From assembly GCA_037481835.1 (NCBI GenBank), contig JBBFKW010000005.1:1-64000 (forward strand): a stretch of 64,000 bases of DNA, given 5' to 3'. The DNA comes from Desulfosoma sp. (GTDB taxonomy: Bacteria > Desulfobacterota > Syntrophobacteria > Syntrophobacterales > DSM-9756). Below are positions 42,416-53,769 of this stretch, piece after piece. Numbering within the stretch: position 1 is the first letter of the stretch; the number at the start of each line of letters is the position of its first letter. A program made the position numbers and the translations under genes. Under the pieces are notes generated by a model that was given only the letters and a program-made list of their open reading frames with translations, searched no databases and had not been told where the DNA came from.

Positions 42416-44431
42416 ATGGCCGCACAGCATCTGGACGCTTTTTTCCGGCCGCGCAGCGTGGCCGTGATCGGAGCCTCGGAAAGCCCGGAAAAGTACGGGA
42501 ACATCATCCTCAGAAACATTCTGGACGGGGGATTCCGAGGGGCCGTGTATCCCATCAACCCCAAGAGCGAATCCATCCTGGGGCTCCAGTGCTTTCGGAA
42601 CGTCAAGGACATCCCCGATACGGTGGATTTGGCCGTGGTGATCATCCCGGCTCGGCTGGTACCCCAGGCTGTCGCCGAATGCGGAGAAAAGGCCGTGAAG
42701 GCGGCGATAATCATCACGGGGGGATTCAGCGAAGCGGGCGCCGAAGGCGAGGCCCTCCAGCGCCAGGTGGCGGACATCGCCCGCAAGGCGGGCGTGCGCC
42801 TCATCGGCCCTAACTGCCAAGGGGTGAACAACCCCTATCATCCCCTGTGCGCGTCGTGGCCGCTTTTGCAGAAGCAGGGGCACGTGGCGGTGATCAGCCA
42901 AAGCGGCACGGTGGGCGCGGCCATGATGGATTGGTTTTCCGACGAAGATCTGGGCGTATCCTGTTTCGTGAGCCTCGGGAATCGAGCCGACGTGGATGAA
43001 ACGGACCTCATCGAGTATTTCAATGACGATCCCAACACCCGGGTCATCGCCCTTTATGTGGAAGGGATCAAGAGACCCGATGCCTTTCGACAGGCTTTGC
43101 ACCAGGCCGTGAAACCCATTGTGGTCCTCAAGGCGGGGCGCACCCCCAAAGGAAGAGTGGCCGCCGAATCGCACACCAAATCCTTGGCCGGAGCGGACGG
43201 GGTCTACGGGGCGCTTTTCAAAAGCCACGGGATCGTCCGCGCGGAAAACATCCAGGAATTTTTCGACTTTGCCAAGGCCTACGCTTACATGAAACAGCCC
43301 CCGGGAAACCGCATCCTGTTCATCACCACATCAGGCGGGGCGGGCATTTTGGCCACCGACGCCGCCGAAAAGGAAGGGCTCGACGTGGCGCCCCTGCCGT
43401 CCGAGCTGGCTGAAGCGCTGGAGGGCGTCATCCCCGCCCATGCCATTCGAGCGAATCCCCTGGACCTTACGGGCGACGCCAACGCGGCCATGTACCAGGC
43501 GGTCATGGAACGGGCGCGGCCTTATTACGATGTCTTGGGGGTAATCTTCGGCGATCCGGTGGAAAAAGCCGCCGACGTGGTCACTGCCGGAGCCGACGAA
43601 CTGGTCATTTTCCTCGGCGGCGCGGCCGTGGAAAAAGTGGAACGCAAGCGGATGCATCTCAAAGGCGTTCCGGTCTTTCCGACGCCGGAAAGGGGCGTGC
43701 GCGCCCTCGCCCAGCTCCTTCCCAAGGAAAAGCGCATCAAGCCGGCTCGGACCACGTTCGTGGAAGGCCACGTCCAAGGGCGGGCTTCAAGCCTCAGCGA
43801 ATGCCTCGCTTTTCTGGAAAAGCACGGCTTCGAGTGCATCTGCCATCGATTCGCGGAAAGCCCGGGCAAAGCCGTCCACGTGGCTCACCAGTTGGGGTTT
43901 CCCGTGGCTCTCAAGATCGACTCGCCGGACATTCTCCACAAGTCCGATGTGGGCGGCGTGCGCCTGAACCTTCGATCCGGCCAAGAAGTGCGGAAAGCCT
44001 ACGAAGACATGATGGCCAGTGCCCGCCGGGCGATGCCGCACGCCTCCATCCGCGGGGCCGTGGTCACCAGCATGGCCGCTTCGGGCGTGGAAGTCATCTT
44101 GGGCATGAACCGGGACCCGCAATTCGGCCCCGTTCTCCTTTTCGGCCTGGGCGGCGTGAGCGTGGAATTGTTCCGCGATGTGACCCTCAAGATTCTGCCC
44201 ATCACCCGGGACGACGCCTTCGCCATGCTGGAGGAAATCCAGGGAGCCCCGCTTCTTTCGGGTTATCGCGGATCCCGCCCCGTGGACAAGAACGCCTTGG
44301 CGGAAGCCATTCTCAAACTGGCCCAACTGGCCGAAAGCAACGACGATCTTTTGGAGGTCGACCTGAACCCCGTGTTTGCCTATTCGGAAGGGGTTCTCGT
44401 GGCCGATGCACGCCTTATCTGGAAGTCATGA
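42416..44431 (+). CDS. Acetate/acyl--CoA ligase (ADP-forming), fused alpha-beta
   Basis: PRSVAVIGAS, IGPNCQG, SQSG, SHT, C-terminal ATP-grasp (HKSDVGGV, DPQFGP, DLNPV). Confidence 0.9.
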   Translation: MAAQHLDAFFRPRSVAVIGASESPEKYGNIILRNILDGGFRGAVYPINPKSESILGLQCFRNVKDIPDTVDLAVVIIPARLVPQAVAECGEKAVKAAIIITGGFSEAGAEGEALQRQVADIARKAGVRLIGPNCQGVNNPYHPLCASWPLLQKQGHVAVISQSGTVGAAMMDWFSDEDLGVSCFVSLGNRADVDETDLIEYFNDDPNTRVIALYVEGIKRPDAFRQALHQAVKPIVVLKAGRTPKGRVAAESHTKSLAGADGVYGALFKSHGIVRAENIQEFFDFAKAYAYMKQPPGNRILFITTSGGAGILATDAAEKEGLDVAPLPSELAEALEGVIPAHAIRANPLDLTGDANAAMYQAVMERARPYYDVLGVIFGDPVEKAADVVTAGADELVIFLGGAAVEKVERKRMHLKGVPVFPTPERGVRALAQLLPKEKRIKPARTTFVEGHVQGRASSLSECLAFLEKHGFECICHRFAESPGKAVHVAHQLGFPVALKIDSPDILHKSDVGGVRLNLRSGQEVRKAYEDMMASARRAMPHASIRGAVVTSMAASGVEVILGMNRDPQFGPVLLFGLGGVSVELFRDVTLKILPITRDDAFAMLEEIQGAPLLSGYRGSRPVDKNALAEAILKLAQLAESNDDLLEVDLNPVFAYSEGVLVADARLIWKS

Positions 44432-45103
44432 GAAAGCCCGGCGGAGCCGTTCCAGTTCCTCCGAAGACAAAGGATCGGGCAGCCGGCCGCCCATAACCTG
44501 CGCCGCCAGGAGGCTCTTGGCGGCGTGTTCCATTTTTTCCAGGCGGTAGTAAGCCTGGCGCACATCACATCCCAGGGTCAGGGACCCATGGCGGGCGAGG
44601 AGCACGGCATTGTGCCCGATGACATAGGGCTCGACGGACCGGGGCACTTCGTCCGTCGACGGTGTGGCGTAGGGGGCTGTCGGCACGGGACCGACGGTCA
44701 GCCACACTTCCGGAAACACATCGGCCGGGAAAGGCACGCGGGCGAGGGTCATGGCGGTGAGCAAGGGCGGGTGGGCGTGCACCACGGCGTGAACATCCGG
44801 CCTTTTTTGGTAAACGAGCAGGTGCAGTCGGAACTCGCTGGAGGGTTTTCCCGATCCAAAAACCACGGCCCCCGTGTCGTTGACCACGATCAGCTCATGG
44901 ACCTCGATTTCCGCTTTCGCCCGGCCGCTCGGCGTGATGAGGTAGAGCCCTTCGGCCAGCCGGCAGCTCACATTGCCGTCGCTTGCCGCGATGAGCCCCG
45001 CCGCTGCAAGCTTTCGGCATGCCCAAATTATTTCCTCCCGAGCCTTTGACTCCGTTGATTCCACCTCATCCCTCCTGAGAGACCTCGTCTGCCCATTCTT
45101 CAA
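44426..45103 (-). CDS. Class II aldolase/adducin family protein
   Basis: SDGNVSCR, ITPSG, PSSE..LH, VVHAHPP, LARHG; start uncertain (TTG). Confidence 0.88.
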   Translation of the reverse strand: MKNGQTRSLRRDEVESTESKAREEIIWACRKLAAAGLIAASDGNVSCRLAEGLYLITPSGRAKAEIEVHELIVVNDTGAVVFGSGKPSSEFRLHLLVYQKRPDVHAVVHAHPPLLTAMTLARVPFPADVFPEVWLTVGPVPTAPYATPSTDEVPRSVEPYVIGHNAVLLARHGSLTLGCDVRQAYYRLEKMEHAAKSLLAAQVMGGRLPDPLSSEELERLRRAFS

Positions 45104-45241
45104 TTTTCCCGGCGGCTATGCTAGGCTCCTTGGGCACGCTTTGCAACAGTGACCCGGAAGGGTCTTCGGACCGGGCCCGACGGGACCGTGGCGAAAAAGC
45201 GATGCCATTCCAGGGCGCTTCAAGGAGGAAAAAGGGACGGT

Positions 45242-46300
45242 ATGCTCAAATGGTTTCGGAAGAAAACCGAGGAGCCTGTGCCGGACGGACCCGAAACGGG
45301 GGGCGTCGAGGCGGAAGCCTCGCTCCCCGATAAGGACGTTTCGGGCGAACCCGACAAGGACACTCCGGGCGACGAGGTTCGAGAGGCCCAGGGCGGTTTT
45401 TGGGCCGGTCTCAGGGACCGGCTGGCCAAAAGCCGAGAGCGCTTGGCCGACCGGGTAGATCGCCTGGTTCTGGGCAAGAAGCACATCGATGCCGGCCTGT
45501 TGGACGAACTGGAAGAAGTGCTCATCACGGCCGACCTCGGCGTGCAGACAACCCGGATCCTTTTGGATCGCGTCCATGAGAGGGTCAAGAGGAACGAGCT
45601 GCACGACCCGGCAAAGCTTCGAGAAGCGCTCAGAGAGGAAATCCAGGCCATCCTTTCCGTGGACGCCCCGCCGTTCGATCCTACGCGAGCGAAACCTTTC
45701 GTCATGATGATCATCGGGGTCAACGGAGTGGGCAAGACGACCACCATCGGCAAACTGGCGCATGGATTTCGCCGAAGCGGTCTGGCGCCCATGCTCGTGG
45801 CCGCAGATACGTTTCGCGCGGCCGCCGTCGAGCAGTTGGAACGGTGGGCGGAGCGCATCGGCGTCCCCATCATCAGACAGCAAAGCGGCGCAGATCCCAG
45901 CGCCGTCGTCTTCGACGCTTTGGATGCGGCCCTGGCCCGCCAAGTGGATGTGGTCCTGATCGATACGGCCGGGCGCATGCACACCAAAGTGAACCTCATG
46001 GAAGAACTGAAAAAGGTTCATCGGGTCATTCAAAGGAAGATCCCCGAGGCCCCCCAGGAAATCCTACTCGTTTTGGACGCCACCACCGGCCAAAACGCCA
46101 TGAGCCAAGCCCGTCTTTTTCAGGAAGCCCTGGGGATCACGGGCCTCATTCTCACCAAACTGGATGGGACCGCCAAAGGCGGAGTCATCGTCCCCATCTG
46201 CCATGAACTCAAGCTCCCCGTGCGATACATCGGCGTCGGCGAAGGCGTGGATGACCTGCGACCTTTCGATGCCGCCGAATTCGCTCGGGCCGTGCTTTAG
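45242..46300 (+). CDS. ftsY: SRP receptor FtsY
   Basis: [41 protein letters not shown]. Confidence 0.97.
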   Translation: MLKWFRKKTEEPVPDGPETGGVEAEASLPDKDVSGEPDKDTPGDEVREAQGGFWAGLRDRLAKSRERLADRVDRLVLGKKHIDAGLLDELEEVLITADLGVQTTRILLDRVHERVKRNELHDPAKLREALREEIQAILSVDAPPFDPTRAKPFVMMIIGVNGVGKTTTIGKLAHGFRRSGLAPMLVAADTFRAAAVEQLERWAERIGVPIIRQQSGADPSAVVFDALDAALARQVDVVLIDTAGRMHTKVNLMEELKKVHRVIQRKIPEAPQEILLVLDATTGQNAMSQARLFQEALGITGLILTKLDGTAKGGVIVPICHELKLPVRYIGVGEGVDDLRPFDAAEFARAVL

Positions 46301-46380
46301 GAATCTGCAGCCCCTTCGAACCAGCCCCCTTGGGGGACGGCTCCAAAACGCTTTCTTGCCGGTTTGAAAAGGAGAAGACC

Positions 46381-47559
46381 ATGGCGGGTCCTTTTGCAGG
46401 TGTTCGGGTTTTGGATCTTTCCCGGCTTCTTCCGGGGCCTTTCTGCTCCATGCTCTTGGCGGATCTGGGAGCCGACGTCATCAAGATCGAAGATCCCAAA
46501 ATCGGCGACTACATTCGATGGTGGCCCCCCAAAATCGGGAAAAACAGCGGCTTCCATGTGGTCCTCAACCGCAACAAACGCTCCGTCACCCTCAATCTCA
46601 AGGACCCGAAAGGGCAGGACATTTTCCGAAAGTTGGTGGGCACGGCGGACGTGGTTCTGGAAGGCTTCCGTCCTGGGGTCATGGGCCGGTTCGGGTTGGA
46701 CTATGAAAGCCTCCGGAGCCTTCACCCGAAAATCATTTATTGCGCCATCACGGGCTACGGGCAAGAAGGCGAACGCGCCATGCGCGCAGGGCATGACATC
46801 AATTACCTGGCCCTGAGCGGTGTCTTGTCTTATTGCGGTCCTGGGCCGGCTCCCGCTTTACCCGGCGTTCAGATCGGCGATCTGGGCGGGGGCGCGCTCA
46901 TGGCGGCCTTCAGCATCGCCGCCGCTCTCTTCGCCCGAGAACGCACGGGTGAAGGGCAAATGATCGACATCTCCATGACCGACGGCGCCGCCATGTGGAA
47001 CTGCCTGCGATGGGGAAAAATGCTCGCCGACGGCAAGATCCCCGCTCCCGGCGACGATCTGCTGAACCACGGCCTGGCCTGCTACAATCTTTACCGCACC
47101 AAAGACGGCCGCTACATGAGCCTTGGAGCTCTGGAACCCCAGTTTTGGAAGGCGTTTTGCCGTGTGATGAAGCGGCCGGAGTGGGATCGGGAGGACTATT
47201 TCGATCCGGGCCCTCATCAAAAAGCCCTGGCCGAAGAGATTTCGGCGGCGTTTTTGGAAAAAACCCAAGGAGAATGGATCGAAGTCTTTCAAGGGATGGA
47301 TTGCTGCTGTGAGCCGGTTCTGAACCTGGATGAGGTGATGGCCGACCCGGCAATGAGGGCGCGTCGCATGGTGGTGGAGCTGACCCACGAACTTTGGGGG
47401 ACGTATCGGCAGATGGGCTGCGCGCCCAAATTTTCGGCGCATCCCGCCGAACTGCGCTCCCACGCCCCGGAGTTGGGGGAACACACCCAGGAAGTGCTCG
47501 AGCATATTGGGGTTGCCCCCGATGAACTCAAGGCGCTGCGTTCGCAAGGCGTGGTCTGA
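46381..47559 (+). CDS. CaiB/BaiF family III CoA-transferase (alpha-methylacyl-CoA racemase-like)
   Basis: DLSRLLPGP, LADLGADVIKIE, NRNKRS, AGHDINY, APELGEHT. Confidence 0.92.
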   Translation: MAGPFAGVRVLDLSRLLPGPFCSMLLADLGADVIKIEDPKIGDYIRWWPPKIGKNSGFHVVLNRNKRSVTLNLKDPKGQDIFRKLVGTADVVLEGFRPGVMGRFGLDYESLRSLHPKIIYCAITGYGQEGERAMRAGHDINYLALSGVLSYCGPGPAPALPGVQIGDLGGGALMAAFSIAAALFARERTGEGQMIDISMTDGAAMWNCLRWGKMLADGKIPAPGDDLLNHGLACYNLYRTKDGRYMSLGALEPQFWKAFCRVMKRPEWDREDYFDPGPHQKALAEEISAAFLEKTQGEWIEVFQGMDCCCEPVLNLDEVMADPAMRARRMVVELTHELWGTYRQMGCAPKFSAHPAELRSHAPELGEHTQEVLEHIGVAPDELKALRSQGVV

Positions 47560-47706
47560 ACCCTAAAAGGGCTTCGGGCCGGCACGCGGCCGATGGGATC
47601 ACGTCGGCGCCCGTTGTCCTTTACGGCGCCGCATCATGTGACGGGTGGGGTGAGCGCCTTTCGCCTTCCGTAATGCGCAACACTTTAAGGGTGAAGGAAA
47701 TAGCGC

Positions 47707-47752
47707 CTTGGCGGCTTGGCACGAGAAAAAAGCCTCGCGCAAAGACGCAAAG
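47707..47752. repeat. Imperfect 19-bp inverted repeat with octamer periodicity
   Basis: CTTGGCGGCTTGGCACGAG ... CTCGCGCAAAGACGCAAAG, 4 mismatches, between convergent genes. Confidence 0.5.
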
Positions 47753-47868
47753 AAAGCCTCGTGCGCGGTAACGGGGGAGTGGGACACCTTACGCCGCACG
47801 AGAGCGCTTTAGCACCCCAGGGGCGGAGTTTCACCGTTTTCCCAAGGCGGCTGCAACGCTATGAGCGT

Positions 47869-48120
47869 CTAACGGGAATGGCCCGGCAACTCAAGGGTGG
47901 TGCAGCTGTTTCCAGGCGAACAGCTTTTGGTGGTCAGGCGAGGGGAATCCGCTCCGGACGATGAAGAACGGCCCATGACATAACTCACCCGGCTCAACAC
48001 GCGTTCCATTTCTTCGCCGCGGCATTGTTCGCACACAACGCTCACCGAGCCTTGCGAACCGGTTGTGAGAATTTCCTGGATATGACCGCATCGGGTGCAA
48101 CGGAATTCGTAAATGGGCAT
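47869..48120 (-). CDS. FmdB family zinc-ribbon protein
   Basis: MPIYEFRCTRCGH...CEQC...RVLS. Confidence 0.88.
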   Translation of the reverse strand: MPIYEFRCTRCGHIQEILTTGSQGSVSVVCEQCRGEEMERVLSRVSYVMGRSSSSGADSPRLTTKSCSPGNSCTTLELPGHSR

Positions 48121-48198
48121 TGTTTTCCCTCGACAGTGAAAGTGAGATCCTGAAAATCAAATGCACAAATACGCTAGCAAAGCCCGACCCGCAAGTCA

Positions 48199-49125
48199 AT
48201 GAACGACGGCGCACATCAAGACACCGACGCCACGGCAAACGCGATAACCTTTGCAGACCACGGGGCGATGCGGAAAGGGGAAGGCCGCTCCCTCTGCGCC
48301 CCCGACCCGTGGCGCAGCTGTTTTGGGTGCTGTCCCCCAATCCGGCCGGCCCATTACGACCCATTGGATTGGGTATCGTCCTTGAAACGCGAATTTCGCG
48401 AAAACCGCGAACTTTTTTCCATGAATCGACGGTTCGGCAGGCCTATCATCGGGTTTTCGTGTTGGGCTTTGGGATACCTCGACCCGGACGGGCGGCACAT
48501 CGGCTGCCTCCTCCACCCGGCGCGGCATGGAGGACGCGACCTTCGGCATCTTACGGGCTACCGCGAAAAATGCGCCAGGGAATTCTGCATGCAGGCCAAG
48601 CACTTCGAGCGACTCAGCCCCCATGCCCAATCCTTTTGGCTCGGCCTTACCAAAGGGTTGGGATCTTTTTACTATTCCAGCCGCAGGGCCAATCCCCTTT
48701 TTCATCTGCTCTTGTGGGGTCCGACCGTCCTTGAAAAAATGGCCGCCCGAGGCCGAATGCAATCACTTTCTGTAACAGAGCTGGTCCATCGGTACCCCTT
48801 CTTGGTCCATGAGAGGTGGAACCCTCGAGGGCACCGCTTTCTGATGGAAAGGGTTCTTCAAACGTCTCGCGAGCCCGTTGTTTCGGACAACCAAGAAATA
48901 GAAGCTGCGGCTCAAAGTATTCACGAGGCCGTGTGCCGCGAACTCGTGCGGCTTGGTGAGGCCTTGTTCCGCCCCCCGCTTCTCTATGTGCACCGGGCCT
49001 GCTCAAGCGATGCCTTTGCGGATTATCTGCGCAAGATTCACGGAATCTTCAAGGCCAACGACCGGGCGCTGGCTCACATCGAGGAGCGAACCAGGCGGTG
49101 GGTTCGGCGACTCTCGGCGTCATAG
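48199..49125 (+). CDS. Cysteine-rich hypothetical protein
   Basis: LC...SCFGCCPP...CWALGYLD...GCLLHP...KCAREFC; start uncertain. Confidence 0.65.
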   Translation: MNDGAHQDTDATANAITFADHGAMRKGEGRSLCAPDPWRSCFGCCPPIRPAHYDPLDWVSSLKREFRENRELFSMNRRFGRPIIGFSCWALGYLDPDGRHIGCLLHPARHGGRDLRHLTGYREKCAREFCMQAKHFERLSPHAQSFWLGLTKGLGSFYYSSRRANPLFHLLLWGPTVLEKMAARGRMQSLSVTELVHRYPFLVHERWNPRGHRFLMERVLQTSREPVVSDNQEIEAAAQSIHEAVCRELVRLGEALFRPPLLYVHRACSSDAFADYLRKIHGIFKANDRALAHIEERTRRWVRRLSAS

Positions 49126-49249
49126 CTCAGAGAAAGCCCGGGCGGTGAGCGCAGCGCATCGCAAGAAAAATCGCCGAGGCCGCCGCGCGAGACGACATCA
49201 GGCCGCGGCGAGACAACCAAGGATGAAAGTGGCATTTGCGAAGGAGGGT

Positions 49250-49524
49250 TATATGAAAATCGCGGCCGGAATCCGGGAGGGCAGGATGTTGGCGGGCGAA
49301 TGTAGGTTGGGGTGAGCAAAGCGAACCCCAACAAAAATCGAGGATACGCTCGCACGTCGCAGTGTCGCAACGAAGGATGAAACTCGACCCCCGGAAGCTT
49401 CTCCGAAAATCTTACACGAAAGTCTTCGTAACACACCGTAACCATGAAACTTTCATTCTTCTTCGTCACGGGCTGCCCGTGATGGGGGGTATATGAAAGT
49501 CGCGGCCGGAATCCGGGAGGGCAG
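49250..49524 (+). repeat. 35-bp direct repeat, two copies 240 bp apart
   Basis: TATATGAAA(A/G)TCGCGGCCGGAATCCGGGAGGGCAG at 49250-49284 and 49490-49524, 34/35 identical. Confidence 0.9.
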
Positions 49525-49594
49525 AACCTTCAGGGTTTGTTGTCTCGCCGGATCCAGGTCTGGGTTGGGGTTCGCTGCGCTCACCCCAACCTAC
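49302..49594. repeat. Inverted pair of GTAG-type REP elements
   Basis: GTAGGTTGGGGTGAGCAAAGCGAACCCCAAC (49302-49332) and reverse-complement copy GTAGGTTGGGGTGAGCGCAGCGAACCCCAAC (49564-49594), 29/31 identical. Confidence 0.85.
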
Positions 49595-49666
49595 GAGTTT
49601 ATTCAAGGATGTTGAAGGATGCCGGCTGAGACGAGAAAAATCGAGCCTTCTCCTCCCTTCATCTCC

Positions 49667-50557
49667 CTAGGAGTGGCTCGGTGGGGGCGGGTCACCGGGC
49701 GGGTTGAGCCGTTTTTCGCTTTCCAAAAGTCTTTCGGTGATCTGCTCACACGCAAAGAGCAGCGATTCCAGATCGAGGGTTTCCAGAACTCGAGCGTCGA
49801 AAAGGAACTTGACCCGGGCCGGAAATCCTTCTTCGGCGTCTTCCGCCCACCACAGCAACCGCAGGCGCACTTTGGGCAGGAGCGCGCATTCGCCGATCCA
49901 GTCGGCCTGGCCCTCTCCGCCTTGAACCTCTTGGCAAAGGCTCGAGGCGGCCCGGCGAAGGGCGCCATCATCGTCGGCGAAGGCTCTTGCCAACGGCTCC
50001 TCGCAATGGGCTCTGAGGCTTTTGATCTTGGAGACGGAGTTGGGAAGGCTTTCCATCCCGACCCACCGTCCGGACGGCTCCACCGCCCCCCCGATCACGT
50101 AATTATAGAGGAAAATCTTCTCCCATGGACTCAAGGCGCGCCCCCCGAGGGAAACGACGTCCTCGGCGGTTACAAGGACGACGTCGTCCAAGTAGGGCAG
50201 ACGCAGCCCCGGAACGGCTCCCTCGAGAAGAGAAAAGTCCGCACCCACTGCGGAGGCGTTCCTCGGGGTCAGCCACGGGGTGACTTCCGATCGGAGAAAT
50301 TCCAGGGTTTTCTCGAAACTTTCCCGTTTCTTGCCAACGCCATGACCCAGTTGCCGCTCAAGGCGTTCTCGAAGGGGCTGGAGTGCAGCCGCATCCAAGT
50401 GCGGACACGCATCGAGGGGGCTTTCTCCGACGACAGCCTGCGTGGCGAAAGCCAAACACGTGGGATGCCCGCACTCCCCGCAGTTGGTCCTAAGGGTGAT
50501 CCGGTACAGATCCAAAGGAACGACCCGGTTCTTCAAAAGATCCCTCTTGTTATCCAC
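49667..50557 (-). CDS. Fe-S domain plus DUF3786-like protein
   Basis: N-terminal TNCGECGHPTCLAFA...CPHL (CxxCxxxxC...CP), C-terminal LPKV.L.LLWW..D.EEGFPA...LFD. Confidence 0.75.
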   Translation of the reverse strand: MDNKRDLLKNRVVPLDLYRITLRTNCGECGHPTCLAFATQAVVGESPLDACPHLDAAALQPLRERLERQLGHGVGKKRESFEKTLEFLRSEVTPWLTPRNASAVGADFSLLEGAVPGLRLPYLDDVVLVTAEDVVSLGGRALSPWEKIFLYNYVIGGAVEPSGRWVGMESLPNSVSKIKSLRAHCEEPLARAFADDDGALRRAASSLCQEVQGGEGQADWIGECALLPKVRLRLLWWAEDAEEGFPARVKFLFDARVLETLDLESLLFACEQITERLLESEKRLNPPGDPPPPSHS

Positions 50558-50800
50558 GGTTCTCCCATCCCTTCATTTTCCAACGGTTGTTTCCCCTACG
50601 GGCGAGGCGCCCTGAACACGTTCTACTTATAATCATTGGTCGAAGAACCGTTGAGACCACCGGTAAAAAACTTTCCGTCCGCCTTATCTTGACGATCGTC
50701 GAAGGGTCCTTTAATTTTCTCAGCGGATACAAACCAAAGATCGAAGACTCCGCCGATTATGAGCGCATCCGGCGCACGGCCTTTTAGGAGGTGGCACGAG

Positions 50801-51253
50801 GTGAACGCCTGCCATGGGACATTGATGAGCGAAATCTTAAGCATGAAAGACCGCATGGACTTTCTCTATCGCGAAACGGTCCGGGAGGTCCGATCAGACC
50901 CCGAGTCGGCCCACGATGGGGACCGAAAGTGGGAACCCCTGGCCGACACCTTTGAAGACGACCAAGAATGGATCGCGGTGGTGGATCTTCCCGGCGTTTC
51001 GGAAAGCGACTTGACCGTGGAAATGCGCTCCAACATCTTGACCTTGACGGGCAAGAGATCGCACCGTCCCCATGGCGGGAAAGAGGCTTTGGAATGCCAA
51101 AGGCCTCAGGGACCGTTCAAGAAGGAATGGGTACTTCCGGAAAATATCGAGCCGGATCAGGTGTCCGCGGATTACCGTAACGGCGTGCTGACCATCGTGG
51201 TCCCCAAAAGGCCTGTGCCGGCCCGAAAGGTGCCCGTGCGTTCGGAAATCTGA
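50801..51253 (+). CDS. Hsp20/alpha-crystallin small heat-shock protein
   Basis: WEPLAD, DLPGV, LTLTGKR, ADYRNGVLTIVVPK; GTG start after AGGAGG (ATG 50825 is an alternative). Confidence 0.88.
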   Translation: MNACHGTLMSEILSMKDRMDFLYRETVREVRSDPESAHDGDRKWEPLADTFEDDQEWIAVVDLPGVSESDLTVEMRSNILTLTGKRSHRPHGGKEALECQRPQGPFKKEWVLPENIEPDQVSADYRNGVLTIVVPKRPVPARKVPVRSEI

Positions 51254-51277
51254 TCGAAGGCTCGAGGAGGTTAAGCC

Positions 51278-52135
51278 ATGGCAAACCGTTTTCGCACAAT
51301 GATTCTCCTGACGGCCCTGACGATGCTCATCGTCTTTTTGGGCAAGCTCCTGGGCGGAAGCCAAGGCATGCTCATCGCCCTGGTCCTCGCCCTGGTCATG
51401 AATTTCGGGAGCTACTGGTTTTCCGACAAAATCGTCCTGGCCATGTATCGCGCCCGGACGGTCGCCGAGGACGAAGCCCCGGAACTGTACCGCATGGTGC
51501 GCGAGCTGGCCGTGAGCGCCGGGCTTCCCATGCCGAAAGTGGCCATCATCCCGTCGGAGACGCCCAACGCGTTCGCAACGGGCCGAAATCCCGAGAAGGC
51601 CGTGGTGGCCGTAACCGAGGGGATTCTGCGGCTGCTCAGCGCCGATGAACTGCGCGGCGTGTTGGCCCATGAACTGGCGCATGTGAAAAACCGGGACATT
51701 TTGGTGGGAACCATTGCCGCGGCCCTCGCCGGGGCCATCATGTTCATCGCCGACATGGTGCGCTGGAGCGCCATTTTCGGCGGCTTTCGCGGAAGCGATG
51801 ACGATGAGGGCGGGGGATTGGGCATCGTCGGCGCCATGGCCGTCGCCATTGTGGCGCCCTTGGCGGCCATGATCATTCAGATGGCCATTTCCCGGTCCCG
51901 GGAGTACTTGGCCGACGAGACCGGGGCGATGATTGCCCAAAACCCCCTGGGACTCGCCAAGGCTCTGGAAAAACTGGCCATCGCCTCCCAAAGGATCCCC
52001 ATGGTGGAGGCCAAACCCTCTACCGCCCACCTGTTCATCGTCAACCCGCTCTCCGGCGGCGCCTTGCTGAACTTGTTCAGCACCCATCCTCCCATTGAAG
52101 AGCGGATCCGAAGGCTTCGGGCCATGGCTCGATAG
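51278..52135 (+). CDS. htpX: Zinc metalloprotease HtpX
   Basis: [28 protein letters not shown]. Confidence 0.95.
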   Translation: MANRFRTMILLTALTMLIVFLGKLLGGSQGMLIALVLALVMNFGSYWFSDKIVLAMYRARTVAEDEAPELYRMVRELAVSAGLPMPKVAIIPSETPNAFATGRNPEKAVVAVTEGILRLLSADELRGVLAHELAHVKNRDILVGTIAAALAGAIMFIADMVRWSAIFGGFRGSDDDEGGGLGIVGAMAVAIVAPLAAMIIQMAISRSREYLADETGAMIAQNPLGLAKALEKLAIASQRIPMVEAKPSTAHLFIVNPLSGGALLNLFSTHPPIEERIRRLRAMAR

Positions 52136-52140
52136 AGGGG

Positions 52141-52206
52141 CCGCGGCCGGACGGTGTGGAGGCGAATGCGCCGTGCCGCCTCCACGCCATTCGGGCGCGG
52201 TTTTTT
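52141..52206 (+). terminator. Long hairpin terminator after htpX
   Basis: CCGCG...GGTGTGGAGGCG...CGCCTCCACGCC...CGCGG followed by TTTTTT. Confidence 0.7.
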
Positions 52207-52300
52207 CATTTTGACACCGCCCGCCTTTTTCACTAAAGCTCCCCAATGGTGTGTGCGTTCCAAGTTTCACATCCTCAATGCTCATCGCGGCGCGTCATGA

Positions 52301-53623
<1,323 letters not shown>

Positions 53624-53680
53624 GCTTAAGGCTCGCTTCCAAGACCACCCTCCCCAACAACAGACCCCGTAATATTATCG

Positions 53681-53720
53681 GCTCAAGCCCGGGTCCGCCC
53701 GGGCTTGGGCCTGTTATTGT
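53681..53720 (+). terminator. Hairpin after purA
   Basis: GCTCAAGCCCGGG-TCCG-CCCGGGCTTGGGC followed by CTGTTATTGT. Confidence 0.65.
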
Positions 53721-53725
53721 TGGGG

Positions 53726-53769
53726 TTGACAGAATTTTCCCCAGAGGGATATAGTGAATTTGATCACGA
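53726..53769 (+). promoter_or_regulatory. Sigma70-like promoter of the fdh locus with overlapping Rex-like operator
   Basis: TTGACA-18bp-TATAGT; TAGTGAA-TTTG-ATCACGA (53752-53769) resembles the Rex consensus TTGTGAA-N4-TTCACAA. Confidence 0.55.

Noticed and set aside
47809..47835. CIRCE-like TTAGCACCC
   Set aside because: The right arm and spacing do not match, and it lies between convergent genes
49250..49524. 35-bp direct repeats as a mini CRISPR array
   Set aside because: Only two copies, separated by 205 nt, with no cas genes in the window
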